From contig MU053304.1 of the NCBI GenBank assembly GCA_013239625.1, positions 1,364,001 to 1,428,000 on the forward strand: a DNA stretch of 64,000 bases, read 5' to 3'. Below are positions 14,331 through 27,114 of this stretch, piece after piece. The translations under genes and the position numbers were made by a program. The notes below the pieces were generated by a model. The model worked only from the letters and a program-made list of their open reading frames with translations. It ran no database searches and was not told the DNA's origin. Origin of the DNA: Lama guanicoe (lineage: Eukaryota). Every line of letters begins with the position of its first letter. Position 1 is the stretch's first letter.

Positions 14331-15468
14331 TTTGTTATTAAGGAATGGGGATATTATAGGTCAATGTTGAACTGGCCTGTAGTATCAGTCCCAGGAAAGT
14401 TTATTAACAACAATGAGGGAACTCTTGCTGGAACAGTTGCCTTCTCCTCCCCACTGTGAGACCTGACTGTGTCTATATCCACCCCCAAAAAGCCCCACAA
14501 ACACTGGACTTCAGCACTGTTTAGATGATTGCAGACTCCCTCAGTTGGCCAATGGTCAGAAACAGTGTGGATAAGATCTTACTGGGGGGTTGTTTTGGAC
14601 ATAAAGCACATGTAAAACTATGTGGCTATTCTTCCTCTGTTGGAAGTCATGTATCAGTGTTACTGCATAATATCCCGTGTGAGCGCTCCCCACTGGAGTT
14701 GTGCAAAGGTAACTCTGCTTAAAATGTCCATGTTGTTGCAATAAAAGGAATCAAAATACGATTTGTCTTAGAGAGTGGAGTCATCACTATTTTGTCAGAA
14801 CTTGAAGCAGTCAGCCATTTGATGCCAATGTGAGCAAAAAATGTCCTGTGATTTGCTATGTGGTGGTGGTTTCAGTCCTGACCAGCTCAGCACCCTGAGG
14901 GCTCCCTTAAGGTTGGATGCAGAGCTTCTGTAAAGAACCCACTACCCTGAGTGCATTTCTCTGCAGGACACATAACAGGGTCCACGCCTTGAACTTACCT
15001 GGCTTGGTCCTCTGGCTGATGCTTAAAAGCATCTAGGTCTGCCTGCACCTTGGAGAGGATATATGGGATTTTCCTTTTCTTCCCTATTGTCTTCTTTAAA
15101 GTGCTGCCATCCCCTCAGATTTGCTCCTTATCCCTCATCTGCAGGCCAGCTGTGCCTGTCACCTCTTCACTCCCTGGCTCCAGAGGCCCCAGCGGTCTCA
15201 AGCTTTGCCTCCCATACTCACTTCCAAGGGGAAATGAGGAAATAGCAAGTTTCCACTGAGCAAATGGAAAGGATGTTTTCAGTCTGAGACACCCAACCTG
15301 AGAACCATGTACCTGATGTGAGTAATGCAGCTACAGTTTCCCTGCTCATCACACACAGCGACATGCCCCACCTGAGAGTGAGTGTGACAATGTGACAATG
15401 ACACAGAGAGCACGCTGAGGGAAAGGGCCAGCATTATTCTGGGGTTACAGGTGGGAGTTAGTACTTAC

Positions 15469-15510
15469 ACAAGGGTCAACTAAGGTATTGTCTTGAGACT
15501 TCAGTATTGT
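15469..15510 (-). CDS. SP140: SP140 linker exon (42 nt)
   Basis: ttttctgcag|ACA ATA CTG AAG TCT...CCT TGT|gtaagt; TILKSQDNTLVDPC. Confidence 0.9.
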
Positions 15511-16291
15511 CTGCAGAAAAAGAGAAACATTAGATGACAATATGAAATGCGATGTTTGCACTCATCACTTATTTAAACAGCAATCTGTTGAGGTATTCAA
15601 GCCACGGTCTACCCATTACTTCATACCTGTTTTTATGGACACATATCTACTTAGAGAATAAGAAAGGCAAAAGTACCACTGTTTGGCCCAATGCAAGTTC
15701 CATTTTATGGCTCTCAGATCCAAGGTGGGGTTTTGTGAAGCCATGCAGTGAATTTGGCCCAGGTTTCCACCGATGGAGTTGGAGAAACTCTGCTGGTTCT
15801 CTTACTTTGAGAGGCCCTTAAGCGTTTTCTCTATATTCAAAAATGTCACCCCACCTGGAGGACCTGCAGTGAGAGTATCAGGCCGAGGACTCATCACCAG
15901 CAGCGCCCAGGGCCCAGAGCCCTGGAATCCATGCAAGTGTGCCAGAGAAGAATGCCACCACCTGTCACAGGTCCCCTAGGGCACAGCCCCTCCCTCCAAA
16001 TCCCAAGAAGTCAGCTAGCTGACTCTTTAGAGGTAACTATCACTCACTAGCCTTCTATTGTTTTTACATACTCAATAGAATGACCTGGCCTCCTTCCCTC
16101 CTGGGGTGCAGCTTTTATCTCCAGCCCAGGGCAGAGTGGTCACGGACAAGTGTGATTCATTGTACAATGACCTGGGAGGTGGTCATGTCACGGACCCACC
16201 TTTTCGCATTGCCTAAAATTCCCCGCCCCTAAAATTCCCCATTTATTATTCTTCCATGTTAGACAACGAAGTTGAAACAATTCTTGAGATC

Positions 16292-16347
16292 AATGGCCAT
16301 TGGGCATTTCTTATGCACTAATGGCCACTGGGCATTTCTTATGCACT
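16292..16347. repeat. 28-bp tandem duplication
   Basis: aatggcca(t/c)tgggcatttcttatgcact x2. Confidence 0.9.
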
Positions 16348-17919
16348 CATTAATATGTTGAATGAGTGAGTAAATGAGTATTGTTTCACGTAGGAAAAGG
16401 GATAACTTGGTATCTCTTAAGCAAATATTAGCCTGCAATAAAATATTGTTCTAGAGAAGTACACTGGATTATTTCACAACACAGCAGATGTCATCAAAAA
16501 GTGTTAGTGATCTTTGTCAGGAGCCGGGAAGCTATTATGTGGTGCTGAGAGTGACACTGAAGTTTCCAGAAGCCAAGGGGCAGCAGAGGTTCTGAGAGGC
16601 ACAGAACCCACAGAGGTATTAATGGGTCTTGAGATCTGCCACTTTGGGGAGCTTCTGTTCTTGCTCATGGGGAGACAGAAAATACAGAGGCAACTGCAGG
16701 TTGCTCCTGAAAAGTGCTGCCCCCATGAGTAAGAGCAGATTCAGCTGGAGGGAAGTTGCCTGCTAACTTGGATAATTTAACTGAGTAACTCTTGGCACCT
16801 GGGGAATGGTACAGATGCTCGTCTTTAACATACTCACTATGGTCAAATAATAGTTTTCCTTTAGGAAATCCAGTGGGTAAAATGTTCCAAGGACTGAGAG
16901 TTCAAACTATCCAGAATATAAGATAATGTAAAGGCCTGGACTTCACATTTCCAGTGAAACATGAAGTCCCATTGGCCAGCTAAAGTCTGTGAATGCCTTG
17001 AATGGCCATTTCTACCTGAAGCGTGTAAGAATGGCATTTCTCACCTCCTCCTTCTCATGTTCTCATTCATACTCAATCTGGAAAAACCATCATCTTGTCC
17101 AAAATCTACATTGCACCTTACATATTTGTTTGTTACCTTCATAAAGAAGGAATTGTTTTCATAAATAGAAGGGAGGTCAGCACAGTCCCTTCTGGTGGAG
17201 CCAAAGGAGCGGTTATCAGACAAACAATTTTCCAGGTCAGCCCCTCCTATACAATACACCCCTCTCCAAAGAGAGCTTCCTCCCCAACAGCACCATCCTC
17301 ATGACAGGCAAATAATATCCGCCTGAAAAAGGATTCTGTATGTCTGTGTTTACATTTTATTGGAAGGTAGAAGGGGATGCAAAGGATCAGAAAAGAGATA
17401 AGCTTTTTGTTGCCTATCTCATGAAATGATATATGGACCAGGATAGAGTATCTTAGACTGAGATCATCGGAATGACTGTGACAACTTTTGCTCCTTCAGG
17501 TTTCATTAAAGTTAGAAAACAGTAACATCAATTTTTAAAAATCTGGGTTTGAGTTGAATATGACTATATCACTTTATTATGATACATTTTCATGTATTCC
17601 AGAATTATGTTTGCTTTTACAATGTCGACACCCTTATATCTGTATCTATAGCTAAAGCACATTCATGAAGACTATTTTGATGGCTCCTTATCATCTCCAT
17701 CTCAAATGATTTACCATTCAAGGAAGATCATACATACAACACACTGTTCAAGGTAGTAACACTGAAGGCACATGCCAAAAATTTTTAGAGGTAGAAGTGG
17801 GGTGTTAGAGAATATTTAATAATAATTAATCAATTAAGAAACAACAAAATGATACACTGTATAATCACTGTAAAATCAGTTATGTAATAAGAACTTGTAG
17901 AAAGTTATATAGTGATCAC

Positions 17920-17967
17920 CTTTTTTTTTCTCCAATGTATCCTTGGAGGATTACAGAGACATTTTTT
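17920..17967 (-). CDS. SP140: SP140 post-SAND exon (48 nt)
   Basis: ttttacctttcag|AAA AAA TGT...AAA AAG|gtgatc; KKCLCNPPRIHWRKKK. Confidence 0.88.
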
Positions 17968-19102
17968 CTGAAAGGTAAAAAGATCCAAGCATATGGTTAG
18001 CCTGTGAGTCTGGCATTTCCAACCTCCTCCCAAATATTTCTACCTGAAAGTCTCACTGTCAGCACAAAACCAAGGTGTCTCAATGAGAAACATCTCCCTT
18101 TCCTCATCTGTACTTCTAGAATTCAATCAATCGTAACTGAAAAATCATCTTTAGGATTTTTTTCTCTTGTGCTTTTCCCCTAAGTTTTAAGAGTTTTCCT
18201 TCATGATCTCTTTGACACCTCTCACTGCCTTTCCATTCCCACCAATGCCACTTACGCTTGAGTCCATATACCAGGGCTAGTCAATCAAAACATACTTATC
18301 CCATGCCTACTGGGTGTCAGACACCCTGGACAATCTTGTGCACACAAAGATATACAAAATTTAGAGGGGTCTAGAGAATAAAAGAAAATGTATGGAAGGA
18401 TAAAATGAAAACAGTATAAGGAGGGCCTCAGTAATGGGCTCAGGGAACCCAGGGAAGGGATGACCAGGGCCAGGTCAGTCAGGGAATATCCAGAGATGAA
18501 TGGCATTTGAGCTGAGCATTGCAAGTTGAGAGTAGCTTTCTTGGGCTGAAAGACACTGAAGTCATTTCAAGGCCCCATGGCTGTCTAAAATACTGTCCTA
18601 AATATGTCATTTCACACCTCAGAAGTCTTCACTGATTCTGCATTGTCTATATTATGAATTTAAATGTCTTAGCCTGGCATTAAATCCATCCACAAACAAC
18701 TCCAATGGATGGATTATGCCTTATTACACACAACATGTCTACATCAACCCACAGAGCTACTTTAGTCATGGTCTGGTTATCATGCCATTCTTTCTCTGGA
18801 GTGTGTTCTTCCTACTTCTTTGACTGTAGACTTTCTTCTTTAAGTGCATAAAGCTGTCTGCATGTCCCTGAGTCAGAATGGCCTTTCTCTCCTCCAAGCT
18901 CCTGCATCCATCCTGACAGAGCCCCTTCTACAACATCTGTGTTCTACATTGTACTGAGGTTACGAGTGGGGAACACCTCTCCCCACATAAGAGGATAAAC
19001 ACAGAGGCATCGGGGCTTTAGCTACAACTCAACAAATATTTGGTGAGCAAATGGTGACCTTATTCTTAGGGTGCAACAAGGGAAGTCACGTGTGCCCTGT
19101 CA

Positions 19103-19279
<177 letters not shown>

Positions 19280-19914
19280 TCAGCCCTCTTTGTCTTCAGA
19301 TGGTGGGCTCCCACCACACTGGATCCGGACCCACCCAATTTGGGCTCAAGATCTATAACAGGGGAATCTTGCCTCCCCTTTCAAATTTCAGAATCCCCTA
19401 ACCTAGCTGTAAGTTCCCTCAAAGAAGATTTACTGCTTTGTGGCAATATTTCTTTAACAACAACAAAAAGTGGTAATCATCATCAAAATCAACCTCTTAA
19501 AAGTATTTCAAAATCACCTACAAAGAAGAAAGTGATTCAGAAGAGTGAGAGGATTTCAATTTGCTGGGGAGTAGAGAACAAGTCAGAATCGTCTATGAAC
19601 CCTGGGGCCTGTGGAGGCAGAACCACAGGTTGGGACTGAGATCTCAGGTGGGGACTCTAAGGCTCAGAATGGCACCTCAGCAGCATCTGTGCCCTTTATT
19701 ACATTTTAAAATCCAGTTTATGGAATTTGACACAACATTGTAAAATGATTATAAATCAATAAAAAATGTTAAAATAAATAAATAAATAAATAAATAAAAT
19801 CCAGTTTAGTGGCATTATTGAGCACAGATTTTCCCATCCCCCAAATCATGGATAGCTGATATTAAAAATAACTGAAATGTTCTCTGGTGGAAAATTTAAG
19901 TTATGTATAAAAGA

Positions 19915-20730
19915 TAATCATATGCTTAACATCATTAGTCATTAGAGAAATGTAAATCAAAACCACAATGAGATACCAATAAGATGGCCATAATAAAAAA
20001 GTCAGATGATAATAAGTGTTAGCAAGGAGTCAGGGAAATTGGAGCCCTCATACATTGCCAGTGGGAATATACAATAGTATAACCACTGTGGAAGACATTT
20101 TGGTGTTTCCTCAATAAGTTAAACATGGAATCATCATACAAACCAGCAATTCTACTTCTCAGTATATACCCAAAAGAATTAAAACATATGTTCCCATAAA
20201 CACTTGCACACAAATGTTCAAAACAGCATTATTCATAATAGCCAAAGAGTGGAAACACTCCAAACTGATGAACGGATAAACAAAGTATAGTGTATCCAAA
20301 CCATGAAATATTATATCATTCAACAGTAAGGGATGAAGTACTAACACATGCTATTACATGGATGAACCTTGAAAACCTCATCCTAAGTGAGGGAGCCAGA
20401 CACAAATAGGGCACACATTATATGGCTCCATTTGTATGAAATACCTAGAGTAGGCCAGTTTGTGGAGCAGAAGATAGATTAGAGGAACCATGAACAGACT
20501 GGCCTGTTTAGTTTAGGGTTGGGCAGTGGGTGGAGGTGGGAATGGACATTGACTGCTAATAGACATGGAGTTTCCTTTAGTGGGGGACTGACAAAAATAC
20601 TCTAAAATTAGATTGTGGTGGTGACTGTACAATCTTGTGAATATACAAACAAAACTGAATGTTGAGTTCTACACTCTGAGTGGTGAATTGCATGATATGT
20701 GAATTATATCTCAGTTAAGCCATTGACATA
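19915..20730 (+). mobile_element. Old L1M (L1MB/MC-type) 3' end
   Basis: catcattagtcattagagaaatgtaaatcaaaaccacaatgagatac...gtgaattatatctc. Confidence 0.85.
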
Positions 20731-20938
20731 TTTTACCTCAATTATGTAAATTAATCCCTCACAGCTACACTGAAGCAGCTGAGGCAGATTTCTTTTTCAA
20801 GTGAAAAATTTCAGGCTCAGAAAAGTCTCATTCATCTTAGGGACCCCTCCTCATGTTCTCAAGCCAAACCGTGGCTCCAATTCCTTCAACCACAAGTAAT
20901 TCATATGGGCAGTTCCATTACTTCTTGTGATTCCTTCA

Positions 20939-21166
<228 letters not shown>

Positions 21167-22435
21167 TTATTCCATAACTCTCCACAGTCGAAGTCTTTCC
21201 TCCAAGTGTCATTTTTGATGCATAACTGCAGAATGTCTATTTCTATCTCATCCCTCAAATCGCATACAAAACAGAATGCATTAGCAGAGAAATTGGCTTC
21301 AATAAAACTGTCTTAATGCCCAATCCAGTCAGCTCCACTGATTCTCACATGGCAGTGCAACATACAACCGCATCATGTTGTGAAGGCAGCTCTCCAGCTA
21401 TGCTATTTCACTGCAGTTAGACAGATGGAGTAAAGTGAGAGACTGCACCAGTATCTCCCTACTTGAGCTCTGACTGAGTGAGCAGAGATTCGGTAATGAT
21501 GGGGGAACCTAATGCAAGTGAAGTCTGCCTTCTATTTCTTTTCTTTAGTTTGCTCCACATCAGTTTTCTTAATGGCTGAAACTTGTTCAGCAAACTCTAT
21601 AATAATCTGTAAATTGCACTGGGGGGAGGGCTGCTGGAGATCTGATTCCACAGAAGTAGAGTTGAAAGGTCTTCAAGTAAAGTAACTCAAGGAGGATGTG
21701 TAGCTGATGCTGTGCCTCCAGTCAACATTTTAGAGCTGTGGTGGGAAGAGGGGGAGCTGTCCATGGTCCAGTTTTGAGGTAGGTAGACTAGTAGAACTGG
21801 GATGGACTAGAAGGATGGCTGGCCTAATTCACTCTGTTGCTTTACAGATGAAGAGACTGAAGCAAAAGCAGTCAAGTGAGAGGCCCAAGCCCACACAGTC
21901 AAAAGAAGATAATGATACAGATTTCTGGTCATCACTCCAGGCCACCTGTAACGTGCAACCTTTTCTTGCTCTCTATCTGTTGCTTTCTGTTTACATCTTT
22001 TCTGGGTAGTGGGGATGTTGGATTTATCTTTCATCAAAACTGTTAGGCCCAACATTTGAAGGGAGAAAAAGGAAATACACTGAAGACCACTCTAGTTTAT
22101 GGAACTCTGGTATAAGGAGATTTGGAGCTTAAAATCTGCTAATTCATAACATAGCACTATTGTATTTTCCTTTCAAAACAGATTGGCTGAGCGGCAGGAT
22201 TTAAGTATTTCTGTGTCCTCAGGCTGTAGTACCCATTTAATAACACTGAAACCCCATAACAAACCCTAATAAATACCATGGCAGTCAGATTAAAATTTAA
22301 GATTATTTTTAAAAAAATTTTATGGTTGGTATTCACTTCTAGAAGTAAACATGACAGAATTTTAAATTTCTTACAGTTTTCTCAAATTCTTAAAAGAAGT
22401 CCCAACAGTTGGGAACAATTCACTAAGTGCCAAGG

Positions 22436-22525
22436 AGGGTGGCCAACTGCCCCAGTCTGTTCAGGACTAAAGGGTACCCAGCATGCAGGACTTTCAGTGG
22501 CAGAACTTGAAAATTCCTGGGCAAA
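22436..22525 (+). mobile_element. MER94/MER81-like hAT-Blackjack fossil
   Basis: agggtggccaactgccccagtctgttcaggact...ggactttcagtg. Confidence 0.5.
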
Positions 22526-23461
22526 TGCCCTACTTCCGAGCACTCCACATCCAAAGGCAATGCACCTGAACACCTATGCAGTCGCACAAAGTATTGGTGC
22601 AACAGGTTGTGGCAGCCCTAGCTCCTCACTCACATCCAGGTTACACTTCTTTCAAAAAAAAAAGTCAAGCTGGTAACTGACCTCGCCTCTTCCCTCTCCG
22701 TGGAGTTGATGAAAGCATCACATGGAGGAAAGAGCTAGTGATTATGCACTTTCCATGTCCAGTGTCATCTCACAGCTGTGTCCATCAGATAAGACACTTC
22801 CAACTCTTATCTCTCCTCTCTCATCCACCTCCCCAATTCTGAATGGGCTCAAACCAGCAGCTCTTGAGTGGGAGTAGAGCCAAGAGAGGATGAGAGAAGA
22901 GCCCGCCCATGCCACCTCCTCACTGCAGGTGCTCCAGACCAAGGTTGTTCAGGCTGAAGGAGGGGAGGCGATTTAAATCAGAGGAAATTCGGCAGTTTTA
23001 ATACCAGGCCAGAAACTACTCTCAGTGACTAGCAAAAGACTCTCATTCCTGTGAAAAGGGAACACGAAAGCTCTATGACCTGCCCAAGACAGGAAAAACT
23101 CACCTAGAAGGTAGATTTGAAAGGGCAGTGAGAGAATGAATTTGCTTTCTGCTTATAGTTTACAAAGTCCAGCCATTTTAATAAGTTAATAATGCAAGGT
23201 AAAGGAATTTCCATGAAAGACAGATAAAACTCAGAGGAAAAGAAGATTAGGTCCTGAGCAGATAAGAGCTATGATATAAATGCAAACAATTTACATTCCT
23301 GGCTCCAAATGGGTTTGTTTTCTAGATTTCAAAGCTCTTACATTGACTGGTAGGCTTGACAAGTAAAAAAAAAAATTAATGAGGATCTATGGTCTTCAAA
23401 ACCTTAGCAGAATTTCTATTGACCCCCAGAGCTAGTAGAAGTGGCTCAAACTTAATCTCAC

Positions 23462-23548
23462 CCCTGATCTTGGCAGTGTTCTTCAGATGCATTTTCACCT
23501 TCTTTCCATTAGAAGCCAGCTGGCCAGCAGCTTTTCCGTCATCCAGGG
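23462..23548 (-). CDS. SP140: SP140 basic exon (87 nt)
   Basis: tttttccctgcctag|CC CTG GAT GAC GGA AAA GCT...ATC AGG G|gtgaga; LDDGKAAGQLASNGKKVKMHLKNTAKIR. Confidence 0.82.
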
Positions 23549-25200
23549 CTAGGCAGGGAAAAATACAGAGTCGAGCAAATAGCAGCTAACATGTGAGACT
23601 AAAAGCAAGTGAGGAAATCTTATAAGAGAGTATAACATAGAGGAAAAACCATCAACTAGGAGCAGAAATCTAGGAAAAGCCACTTAACTCTGTCTCTGTC
23701 TCTTTCTCCATAAAGTAGACCTACTATTGTTACCTGTCTCATTACAGGGTTGTTGTAAGGATCAAGTGCTAAAGTTTTTCTGAAAGTGATATTACAATGT
23801 AATGTATATTACAATGTACAATACCACACCTTATGACTGTCTGATTGTAAAAATGCATAGAAATGCGATCAATCTTACCTTAATGAATGAAACTAAAAAT
23901 CTCAATTTAGAAGTATGCAAAAAAAAAAGCAAGTGAAGGAATATTGGTTTTGAATTCTGAACCCTCTTGCATTATGTACTCGAAGAAGGAAGTTTTGATA
24001 CAGAATCTGAAGCAGGTGTCCAGAGCATTCTCCACTTACGAGTAATGACTTTTAAATTACATACAAGATTCCATTACACTTTGGAAAGAAGTGGTTTAGA
24101 ATATATCTATGGGCACATAGACCTAATTGAAAATGTTTTAATGATTAAATCCAAATATTTGATGTTTTGAAAATAAGCATCTTTAAAATAGATGCAACCG
24201 CTTTTTTTCTTTCCAAACAACTGTACACATTCAGGGCAGCCAGCCATGTAAATTGGCAAGGTCATAAGATACATAGATTGGTAAAAATTAATAAATTTTA
24301 ATTGGACTGTAAAATCTCACCATATAGATCTATGGATTCAAATTTGGCAATTATGTGGAAAATGAGGTCTAGCCCTCATTGTCTAGAGGAAAGGAGTTCC
24401 TTAAACCACTGCTAAAATAAATAAGATTTCAGGAGTCTGATTAGAAGTAATTACATTACTGGAAATTCAGACAATAAAAATTGCATGAAACATCCCCACC
24501 TGGAGATGGCCACGATTAACTTGTTCAAAAATATCCTCCTAGGCATTTCTTTTTGCATATTTTACTATTTAAACAATTCTTTTCATTACAGTAGTTGAAC
24601 ATGTTTAATATTTTGAATATACACATATACTTTTAAAAAACACAAAAATATAAATATCACCTATATTCCAATAACCAAATAGAACCTACTATATATATTT
24701 TATGAATGTACTACCACTAATTTTTCTATATATCTATGCTTCTCTATATATAGAGATTGATAATTATGTATAAATAAGCATTTATAGATATATAAAAATA
24801 TATTTGCACAAGTAGATATGTTTATACATATGTTTTCTTTACTGCATGCACACACAAACATACACAGTCTGCTTTATTCATTTCGCCTTCTTTGGGACAT
24901 CTTTCCAAGTTAATAATAGTTTCTTGACCTGCGAAAGAAGCCACACAGTGAGGATGGCAGTTTCTCTCTATCAGTCCTGCAGCATTTAGCTCTGGACTAT
25001 TACACATGTGAGAAATGAACCATTTTGTTAAAGCCGCTGTCTTTTAAGGCCTCTTTGTTACAGTCTCCTAGCCTATATCCTAACTGACAGAGTAGCTAGG
25101 AAACGCTCATGGTCCTCCAGAGACCACAGGCTGCAAGAATGCAACAAGCAGTGTCTTATAAACAGGTGAACAAGTGTGACAGTTTCACTTTGCTGCTTAC

Positions 25201-25266
25201 TTTCTCGATGTGTGTTTCTCTGATATTTCCTTTTTATCCTCGTCCAGGAATGCCCTTTCTTTTGTT
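25201..25266 (-). CDS. SP140: SP140 basic exon (66 nt)
   Basis: tttttttttaag|AA CAA AAG AAA GGG CAT...CGA GAA A|gtaagc; KQKKGHSWTRIKRKYQRNTHRE. Confidence 0.88.
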
Positions 25267-25605
25267 CTTAAAAAAAAATAAGATTAAAAAGTTAATCATT
25301 CAAAGCTGTAAATATAATTCTCAAATCCTTATATATAGTAGTTTTCAAGTACTTTCTCAGACATTGGTTCACAAGAATGGGGCAAATTTCTTAACTACCA
25401 GTGGAGCAATGTGAAGTTGATTTTAGTTATATCTTACTTTGCATAGACTTGGGAGACTACAGGAGATGACCTTCCCCTGAAAAAAAATGTTTTTTAATTA
25501 AAAACTAAACTCCTGCTGGTGTCTTAGACCAAAAGTTCATTGTTGTGGTTATATACCAGTATGTTCCCTTTTTCAAGTGTTTTCATGAAAGTTCAAATGT
25601 ACACA

Positions 25606-26136
25606 TGGATAGTATATTTATACAATGGAATAATACTCTGCCATAAAAAACAATAAAATAATGCCATTTGCAGCAACGTGGATGGATCTAGAGATCATCA
25701 TTATAAGTGAAGTGAGCCGGAAAGAGAAAGAAAAATACTATATGATATCATTCACATGTAGAATCTGAAGAAAAAAAAAAGGGGGCACTATGAGCTCTTC
25801 TACAAAACAGGAACAGTCTTGCAGACGTAGTAAGCAATCTTATGGTTACCAGGGAAAGGGGGTGAGAGGGGATAAATTTGGAAGCTTGAGATTTGCAGAT
25901 GTTAGCCACTATATATAAAAATAGATTTTTAAAAATTTTTTCTTTTGTATAGCATAGGGAACTATGCTCAATATCTTGTAATAACTTTTAATGGAAAAAA
26001 TATGAAAATGAATATATGTACGTATATACATGACTGGGACATTGTGCTATACACCAGAGATTGACCATTGTAATTGACTGTACTTCAATTTAGAAAAAAG
26101 AAATAGATAACAAACTTCTACCAAAAAAAAAGCTAA
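25606..26136 (+). mobile_element. LINE-1 3' end fragment
   Basis: atgccatttgcagcaacgtggatggatctagag L1 3' motif, A tail, TSD aaatgtacaca at 25595-25605 and 26137-26147. Confidence 0.88.
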
Positions 26137-26459
26137 AAATGTACACACAGATAATATACTATGCTGAAGTCAGGAGGCATTCTCAACTTTGATGTGGAGA
26201 GTTTTCATTAAATAATCTCTGTACTCTTACAGTTGTAACACAAATAACCTATATTTAATATAGTGCCTGAAATTCCCAGAGGACTTAAGGAATCACAGTG
26301 GGTTTTGTGTTATGTTTTGCTTTCCTGTGAATGATATGAAAACGTGTCAATGTGGGAAGACCATTGGTGCCGGGCAAATAGTTCAGTCCTGACTTACAAG
26401 GCAGGAGTGACTGAAAAGGCTTGCTCTTCAACTGGAAATGGTATATTCAAGAATGTAGG

Positions 26460-27114
26460 AGCTACCATATGATCCAGCAATCCCACTCCTGGGCACATAT
26501 CCAGAAAAGATGAGAACTCTCGTTTGAAAAGATAAATGCACCCCAATGTTTTTAGAGGCACTATTTACAATAGCCAAGACATGAAAGCAAGTGTCCATCA
26601 AGAGATGAATGGATAAAGAATGGATATATATGTACATTGCATATATGTACAATGGAATATTACCAATGCTACTTAGCCATAAAAACGAATGAAATGCCAT
26701 TTGCAGCAGCATGGATGGACCTAGAGATTATCACACTAACTGAAGTAAATCAAAGACAAATATTGTATGATATCACTTATATGTGGACTCTAAAAATAAT
26801 GCAAATGAATATATTTACAAAACAGAAACAGACTCAGAGACAGAAAATAAACTTATAGTTACCAAAAGGGAAAGGAGAGGGGGATAAATTAAGAGTATGG
26901 AATTAGCAGATACACACTATTATATGTAAAATAGATAAACAACAAAGATTTACTATATAGCACAGGGAACTATAGTCAATATCTTGTAAAAACCTGTAAC
27001 AAAAAAATCTGAAATATATATATTATATATATATAAGCTGTGTCATTTTCTGTACACTTAAAACTAATACAATATTGTAAATCAACTATACTTCAATAAA
27101 AAAAGAAAAGAATG
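26460..27114 (+). mobile_element. LINE-1 3' end fragment
   Basis: ctaccatatgatccagcaatcccactcctggg..., A tail, TSD aagaatg(t/c)agg at 26449-26459 and 27115-27125. Confidence 0.88.
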
